Made by a program: the position numbers and the translations under genes
Shown here: in pieces, positions 58,761-64,000 of the stretch
Layout of the letters: every line of letters begins with the position of its first letter
How positions within the stretch are numbered: position 1 is the stretch's first letter
The notes under the pieces: generated by a model
Databases searched by the model: none
What the model was told of the DNA's origin: nothing
What the model saw: the letters and a program-made list of their open reading frames with translations, nothing else
Source: an uncultured Chromatiaceae bacterium
GTDB taxonomy: Bacteria > Pseudomonadota > Gammaproteobacteria > SZUA-140
Length of the DNA: 64,000 nt
Reading direction: 5' to 3'
Assembly: GCA_964605155.1 (NCBI GenBank)
Contig: CAZSAK010000004.1
Location: 8,538 to 72,537 of the forward strand

Positions 58761-59917
58761 GAGCGCTCTTTCATCACCTTGTTGAGCGCGTCCAGGAGTT
58801 GCTCGATATCGCTTTGAGTATGCCCCGCGGAAAGGGTGATGCGAAGTCGCGCACTACCTTCAGGTACCGTCGGGGGGCGAATCGCGCTGATGAGAATACC
58901 TTGATTATGCAAGGTACGGCTGATGTCGAGGGCAGTTTCGGAATCACCGACGATCAGTGGCTGGATGGGTGTCATCGATGACCGGATCGGCAGGCCCAGT
59001 TGGCTGGCACCATCCCGAAACTGTTTGACCAGATTGAACAGCTGTTTGCGACGCCATGATTCCTGCTCCAGCAACTCCAGACTGGCCATGGTTGCGAAGG
59101 CGACAGCGGGTGGCAGGGCAGTGGTATATACATAGGTTCGCGCATGCTGGATCAGGGTTTCGATCAATGCCTCATTGCCCGCGACAAAGGCGCCGAAAAC
59201 GCCAAGGGCCTTGCCGAGTGTACAGACCAGCACCGGAACTTCCATGACACCATAATTATAATGTTCCAGGGTGCCGCGGCCATGGATGCCCATCACGCCA
59301 AAACCGTGGGCATCATCGATCATGAGACATGCATCGTATTGCTGTGCAAGATCTACAAGCCGGGGCAGCGGTGCCAGATCGCCGTCCATGCTGAAGACAC
59401 CGTCACTGGCGATAAACCGTAGTCGTTTGCCTGCACCGGCCAGCCGTCCCATCAGCGCCTCTGTATCACCATGAGGATAACGCTGCAGTTGCGCACCAGA
59501 TAGCAGACCGGCATCAATCAGGGAGGCGTGATTGAGGCGATCTTCAAATATGATATCACCGCGCCGGGCAAGGGCGCTCAAGACGCCGAGGTTGGCCATG
59601 TAACCTGTCGAGAATAATAACGAGCGGGGTCGTCCGGTCAATTCCGCGAGGCGCTCCTCCAGTTGGTGATGGGCCCTGCTGTGACCACTGATCAGGTGTG
59701 ATGCGCCACTGCCGACGCCGTATTTCACCGCGCCCTGTTGCAGGGCTGCAACGATCTTGGGATGATTGGCAAGGCCAAGATAATCATTGCTGCAAAACGA
59801 CAGATAACGCCGGTTGTCGATGATTACCGCCGGACCCTGCGGGCCATCGATAATATTCCGGGTCCGGTACAGATTCAGAGTTGCTTGCCGCTCAAGATCG
59901 GCGGCGAGATCTCTCAT
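58757..59917 (-). CDS. bioF: 8-amino-7-oxononanoate synthase
   Basis: PLP-dependent AOS family; TLGKALG lysine motif; length 386 aa. Confidence 0.9.
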   Translation of the reverse strand: MRDLAADLERQATLNLYRTRNIIDGPQGPAVIIDNRRYLSFCSNDYLGLANHPKIVAALQQGAVKYGVGSGASHLISGHSRAHHQLEERLAELTGRPRSLLFSTGYMANLGVLSALARRGDIIFEDRLNHASLIDAGLLSGAQLQRYPHGDTEALMGRLAGAGKRLRFIASDGVFSMDGDLAPLPRLVDLAQQYDACLMIDDAHGFGVMGIHGRGTLEHYNYGVMEVPVLVCTLGKALGVFGAFVAGNEALIETLIQHARTYVYTTALPPAVAFATMASLELLEQESWRRKQLFNLVKQFRDGASQLGLPIRSSMTPIQPLIVGDSETALDISRTLHNQGILISAIRPPTVPEGSARLRITLSAGHTQSDIEQLLDALNKVMKERS

Positions 59918-60960
59918 GAAGTTGCCGTCTTCTCGGATTTTGTATATGAAGAGGCACGACGTTTCTGCGTATCACCCCGTGCATTTAGTTTGAGATCGTA
60001 CAGCATGCGCAGATCATCTTCGACCCGCCGGCCTTTGGTGGTGAGGTAATCGCCAATCATGACACCGGATGCCCCGGCCATGAAGATCATCGCCTGCAAA
60101 TCCCCAAGGAACTGGCGTCCGCCAGCGATACGGATCTCCGCCTTCGGCAGCATATAACGAAAGACGGCGATATTTTTCAATATCTCCAGGGGTGTCATAG
60201 CTTGCAGATGGCCAAACGGTGTCCCTGGCTGTGGGTTAAGAAAATTGAGCGGTACCGATTCAACGCCGAGATCGCGCAAGGTGACGGCAAGTTCTATGCG
60301 CTGGTCAGGATTTTCACCCATTCCCAGGATACCACCGGCACATACACGTAAACCCGCCTCCATGGCATTGCGAACGGTATCGATATTCTCCTGGTAGGTA
60401 TGCGTGGTGCAGATGTTGTCGAAGAAACTCTCGGCAGTCTCCAGATTATGGTGATAGTTTTCCATACCCAGATCCTTGAGCATCATAGCGGTATCCTTAT
60501 CCAGTGCACCGAGGCTTGCACATCGCCCGATATCGGAGTTCTGCTTGAGCGCAGCGAAATAATCGGTTAACTGTTCCCGTTCCTTTTTCGAACGCACGCC
60601 CCAGCCTTTTGATACCACGCCGAAATCACTGGCCCCCCATTCACGGGCCCGTTTTGCCTGTGCAACCACCTGATCTTCCGTAATATAGTCATATACCGGT
60701 GCATTGGTTTTGTAGTGGCCGCTTTGTGCACAAAAACTGCAGTTTTCCGAGCAATTGCCGGAGCGTACATTGGAGATCGCACACACCTCGATCTCCTCGC
60801 CGCGAAAGGACCTGCGTATCCGGTCCGCCCCTGCCATCAGCCAGCTCAGATAGTCATCTTCAATACGTATCATCCAGCATCCTTCTGCGGGACTCATCTC
60901 TCCACCATTTAGTATCCTCTGGGTAATCGTATCGATTTGCTCATACGTATCCATGTTCAT
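59914..60960 (-). CDS. bioB: Biotin synthase
   Basis: Radical SAM motif CSENCSFCAQS; YHHNLET. Confidence 0.9.
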   Translation of the reverse strand: MNMDTYEQIDTITQRILNGGEMSPAEGCWMIRIEDDYLSWLMAGADRIRRSFRGEEIEVCAISNVRSGNCSENCSFCAQSGHYKTNAPVYDYITEDQVVAQAKRAREWGASDFGVVSKGWGVRSKKEREQLTDYFAALKQNSDIGRCASLGALDKDTAMMLKDLGMENYHHNLETAESFFDNICTTHTYQENIDTVRNAMEAGLRVCAGGILGMGENPDQRIELAVTLRDLGVESVPLNFLNPQPGTPFGHLQAMTPLEILKNIAVFRYMLPKAEIRIAGGRQFLGDLQAMIFMAGASGVMIGDYLTTKGRRVEDDLRMLYDLKLNARGDTQKRRASSYTKSEKTATS

Positions 60961-61032
60961 CCGGTTCTCCCCTCATTGCTGGTATCCCCATGGTCGCCAC
61001 AGGGATTAATATGGTTTACTACAGCAAAAGTA

Positions 61033-61782
61033 ATGAATATGCTTGGAGCAACCGCGGACTGTCAACTCTTGAAATCTCCATGGGTTAACAATTGGTTAGA
61101 AAAGGGGCAGGCATGGCTGTTTCCTTCGATATGTGCATTGTGTGGCGTGCGGTCAACACATCAGTATGACCTGTGCCAGGATTGTTGTGCCGAACTGCCT
61201 TATCTGCACACCGCATGCCGGTGTTGTGCCCTTCCCTTACCGAGCCCCGGAATCTGCGGTCGTTGCCTGCGAGAGGCGCCGAGTTTTGACCGCACCCATG
61301 CGGTTTTCCATTATGCCTCGCCGGTGGATTTTTTTATCAAGCGCCTTAAATTTAATAAAAAACTCAACTATGCCCGATTGCTGGCACGATTGATGGCGGA
61401 GGAATTATCAAGACGATATCCCGATGCATCCGGTCTGCCGGATGTGATAATTCCCGTCCCGCTGCATCAATCGCGACTTCGCAGTCGCGGTTATAACCAG
61501 GCCCTGGAACTCGCTCGCCCGATTGCCGCATTTTTCAATATTCCTGTGGATTATCAATGTTGTGTCCGCAACCGCGACACTGCGCTGCAATCCGATCTAC
61601 CGGCAGCACTACGCCGTAAAAATGTCAAAGATGCATTTCAGACAGGATGTATCAATGCTGACCATGCAGTTATCGTAGATGATGTAATGACAACAGGACA
61701 CACCGTCAATGAGCTTGCCCGTATGATGCGCAAATGCGGAGTTGATAGGATCGATGTCTGGACATGCGCACGTGCTTCGTAA
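61033..61782 (+). CDS. comF: ComF family protein (phosphoribosyltransferase-domain competence protein)
   Basis: N-terminal Cys-rich zinc finger (CALCGV...CQDCC...CRCC...CGRC) and a C-terminal PRTase motif VIVDDVMTTGHT. Divergent from bioB, as in many gammaproteobacteria. The ORF opens at 60937. Confidence 0.75.
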   Translation: MNMLGATADCQLLKSPWVNNWLEKGQAWLFPSICALCGVRSTHQYDLCQDCCAELPYLHTACRCCALPLPSPGICGRCLREAPSFDRTHAVFHYASPVDFFIKRLKFNKKLNYARLLARLMAEELSRRYPDASGLPDVIIPVPLHQSRLRSRGYNQALELARPIAAFFNIPVDYQCCVRNRDTALQSDLPAALRRKNVKDAFQTGCINADHAVIVDDVMTTGHTVNELARMMRKCGVDRIDVWTCARAS

Positions 61783-61967
61783 GTCAAATAGCATTTCATG
61801 AGTTGATGACGGCATAATATACCGCTCAAATAAATACCATGATGCTAAAAGCTGTTGGGTAAACTCCTGTGTTATGGTAGTTTTACGACCGGCAACCTAG
61901 AATATGCAACTAATTGCACCAGTCTCGACAGCGCAATGGCCGTAATTGGCGATAACGAAAGGGAACA

Positions 61968-62564
61968 ATGATGTTTCAGGATCTGACCAGGTCACTGTAC
62001 AAAGGTCTAACAGCAGGTATCGCACTGTCCATGATATTTTCATCCGGTGCTCGCGCCCAGGAACTGGATATCAATCTGAGTGATGATACTGCAGAGTTCA
62101 GATATATAACGCCGATCGGGTTCGAGAACTCCTTCGGCGGTACCGAGCTCGATATGGGATTTCTCTATACAACCACGGATGATGTCATGGGGATTTTCGG
62201 TATTCAGGTGATCGATGAGGCCGGCAGCGCATCGCCGGGTCTGCAAGTGGGGGTTGGTATAAAGGGCTTTGCCGGGACAATCGATAAAAACGACGTCTAT
62301 GCCGTTACTTTGGGGGGGCAGGCGCGCTATACACCGCCAGCCTTCAATAGATTCGCCGTTTTTGGGGCAGTCCATTTCGCCCCGGACGTCGTAACCTTTG
62401 GAGATACCGAGCGATTGTTGTATATTAATAGTCGTCTAGAGTATGAAATTTTGCCACAGGCTACTGTTTACCTGGGTTACCGCAAGATCCGAGCAAATCT
62501 TGCGGGGGGAGGAGATGTATCCATAGATAATGGTGCTCATCTAGGGATACAGTTTTTGTTCTAG
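61968..62564 (+). CDS. Outer-membrane beta-barrel protein (YfaZ-like)
   Basis: Signal peptide (AGIALSMIFSSGARA), alternating amphipathic beta-strands, and a C-terminal aromatic residue (GIQFLF). Confidence 0.55.
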   Translation: MMFQDLTRSLYKGLTAGIALSMIFSSGARAQELDINLSDDTAEFRYITPIGFENSFGGTELDMGFLYTTTDDVMGIFGIQVIDEAGSASPGLQVGVGIKGFAGTIDKNDVYAVTLGGQARYTPPAFNRFAVFGAVHFAPDVVTFGDTERLLYINSRLEYEILPQATVYLGYRKIRANLAGGGDVSIDNGAHLGIQFLF

Positions 62565-62628
62565 TCAAACGCCCCTGGCAGGAAACCCCCGTTTACATAA
62601 GTCCTGCGGCTGGAGGAGTGGATTAAAA

Positions 62629-62982
62629 ATGCGTGTTTCGCATTCATTGATTCCATACAGTACGGGCAGAATGACCGGCCAGCATAATGGATCCTTCGTG
62701 TCCGGCGGTCAGCATCGCGCGAACCTAACGACATTGTCAAAAAATACATTTCCTCGTGAACGTGTCTATGAAGGCGAGCTGATAGAGAAAGAGGCTGCAA
62801 CCGACGCCGGGTCAAGAGAGCGGATAAACAGATTGTATACCCAGCAAAGAGAGAAGCCGGGTTTTACGGATGAGAATCACCCGACGTCCAACCTGTATGC
62901 CATCGAGTCGTATCTCAGTCATGCGCGAATAACTGGGCCCAATCTATACGGTTTCAGCAATATTCTTGATATATACGTCTGA
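62629..62982 (+). CDS. Hypothetical protein (117 aa)
   Basis: GGAGGAG lies 11 nt upstream of the ATG. Polar, low-complexity product with no recognised family. Could be non-coding. Confidence 0.25.
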   Translation: MRVSHSLIPYSTGRMTGQHNGSFVSGGQHRANLTTLSKNTFPRERVYEGELIEKEAATDAGSRERINRLYTQQREKPGFTDENHPTSNLYAIESYLSHARITGPNLYGFSNILDIYV

Positions 62983-63030
62983 CCGTTTATCGTCTCACTG
63001 CAATAAGGAATGTTTCATTCCTGAATCCGC

Positions 63031-64000
63031 ATGGAGAACATTATCCTGCAGCGCGGTCAGTCATTACGGGTAGAGCATGTCGTAGCCGCCGTTGTTACCA
63101 ATAACTCAAACGGGGTATTGGTGTCACTCCGTTCACCCCACGTGCATCAAGGCGGGATGTGGGAATTTCCGGGCGGCAAGGTTGAGTCGGGTGAGAAGTC
63201 CAGGCAGGCACTGGATCGCGAACTTGAGGAGGAACTCGGGATTGTGCCGGTTACCGCCCGTCCCAAGATTTGCCTGCTGCATGATTATCCTGATAAATCA
63301 GTGATGCTGGATGTGTGGCACGTCGATACCTTTAGCGGGCAACCGCATGGAAGAGAAGGGCAGGAAATCAAATGGGTGAACCCCGACGAGCTGATCAACC
63401 TGAAGTTTCCTGCCGCGAATGTTCCCGTCATTAATTCGATACGATTGCCCCCGTTTTACCTCATTACGCCCGACCCCGGCGAAGACAGCACCCGGTTTCT
63501 CACGATACTGGAACGCGCCTTAAAGGCGGGCATACGGATGGTGCAATTACGCGCCCGCAACTCAACGAACAGGCAATATATGGATATCGCCCGAAGGGCG
63601 CAGGACCTGTGCCGGGGTTATGAAGCCATCATGTTGTTGAACACCGAACCTGAACTGGTAGCAGAGCTTGATGCGGACGGGGTACATTTAAACAGCAAAC
63701 GATTGATGGCGATGAGCCGGCGCCCCGTCTCTGAAGACAGATGGTTGTCGGCATCGTGTCATAATCATCGGGAACTGACGCAGGCGATGTTGCTGGGTGT
63801 GGATTTTGTCGTGATATCGCCGGTATTGGCCACAACAAGTCATCCATTTGCAAGCTTGCTCGGCTGGAAGGGCTTCAAGGCGCTTTGCGACCAGGCATCA
63901 ATACCCGCTTATGCACTCGGTGGAATGGCCCCGCGGCACATGACAACTGCCTGGTGTTCGGGGGCGCAAGGGATTGCCGCCATCAGCGCATTCTGGGATT
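63031..64000 (+). CDS. Nudix hydrolase (MutT-like) fused to thiamine-phosphate synthase-like (ThiE/TenI) domain; partial, runs off window end
   Basis: Hand translation gives MENIILQRGQSLRVEHVVAAVV...GGKVESGEKSRQALDRELEEELGI (Nudix box), followed by LITPDPGED...IRMVQLRARN...GVDFVVISPVLATTSHP... This is a ThiE-fold domain. No stop within the window. Confidence 0.75.
   Translation, partial: MENIILQRGQSLRVEHVVAAVVTNNSNGVLVSLRSPHVHQGGMWEFPGGKVESGEKSRQALDRELEEELGIVPVTARPKICLLHDYPDKSVMLDVWHVDTFSGQPHGREGQEIKWVNPDELINLKFPAANVPVINSIRLPPFYLITPDPGEDSTRFLTILERALKAGIRMVQLRARNSTNRQYMDIARRAQDLCRGYEAIMLLNTEPELVAELDADGVHLNSKRLMAMSRRPVSEDRWLSASCHNHRELTQAMLLGVDFVVISPVLATTSHPFASLLGWKGFKALCDQASIPAYALGGMAPRHMTTAWCSGAQGIAAISAFWD

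Noticed and set aside
60961-61032. BirA operator in the bioB-comF divergent region
   Set aside because: Only a single GGTTTAC half-site-like element. No convincing TTGTAAACC-N-GGTTTACAA dyad.

Overview
This window looks like a chromosomal segment of a gammaproteobacterium with roughly 50% GC. It is densely packed with housekeeping genes in familiar arrangements.

Main syntenic blocks, in order:
- cmoA, then an ICMT-family membrane methyltransferase, then a truncated OmpR-type response regulator, all on the minus strand at the left edge.
- tRNA-Gly(CCC), then mscS, marC, dedA, eamA, srkA, tag, thiS-thiG-trmB, serB and hemW.
- rdgB, rph, yicC, gmk, rpoZ-spoT-ridA-recG, ubiC-ubiA.
- The conserved yrbG-kdsD-kdsC-lptC-lptA-lptB-rpoN-hpf-ptsN block, extended by hprK-rapZ-EIIA(Man)-HPr(NPr)-ptsI (a regulatory nitrogen-PTS set), then mgtE.
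- An orphan hydantoinase-A, psiE, ggt, yfhL, coaD, rsmD and a pair of M16 peptidases.
- ftsY-ftsE-ftsX, rpoH, bioB-bioF-bioH-bioC-bioD, comF, an outer-membrane beta-barrel, and a partial Nudix/ThiE-like fusion at the right edge.

I found no transposases, integrases, IS elements, CRISPR arrays or rRNA.

The most interesting locus is at 42.8-45.3 kb on the minus strand. It encodes a MotA/TolQ/ExbB-type proton-channel protein with a Cys-rich coiled-coil cytoplasmic tail. Directly downstream is a MotB-like protein whose periplasmic part is a coiled coil plus a VWA-like domain with a MIDAS-type DxTxS motif, in place of the usual OmpA peptidoglycan-binding domain. Upstream, in the same 740-bp intergenic region, sit an 18-bp perfect inverted repeat and an independently promoted 35-aa hydrophobic peptide gene.

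Other notable points:
- cmoA is paired with an ICMT-family membrane methyltransferase where cmoB would normally be.
- A near-consensus sigma-54 -24/-12 element sits upstream of an atypical receiver-domain protein.
- A secreted protein made of two tandem ~160-aa repeats is inserted between ftsX and rpoH.
- There is an orphan bidirectional terminator between divergent genes.

Coordinates of motifs located by hand-counting may be off by 1 nt.
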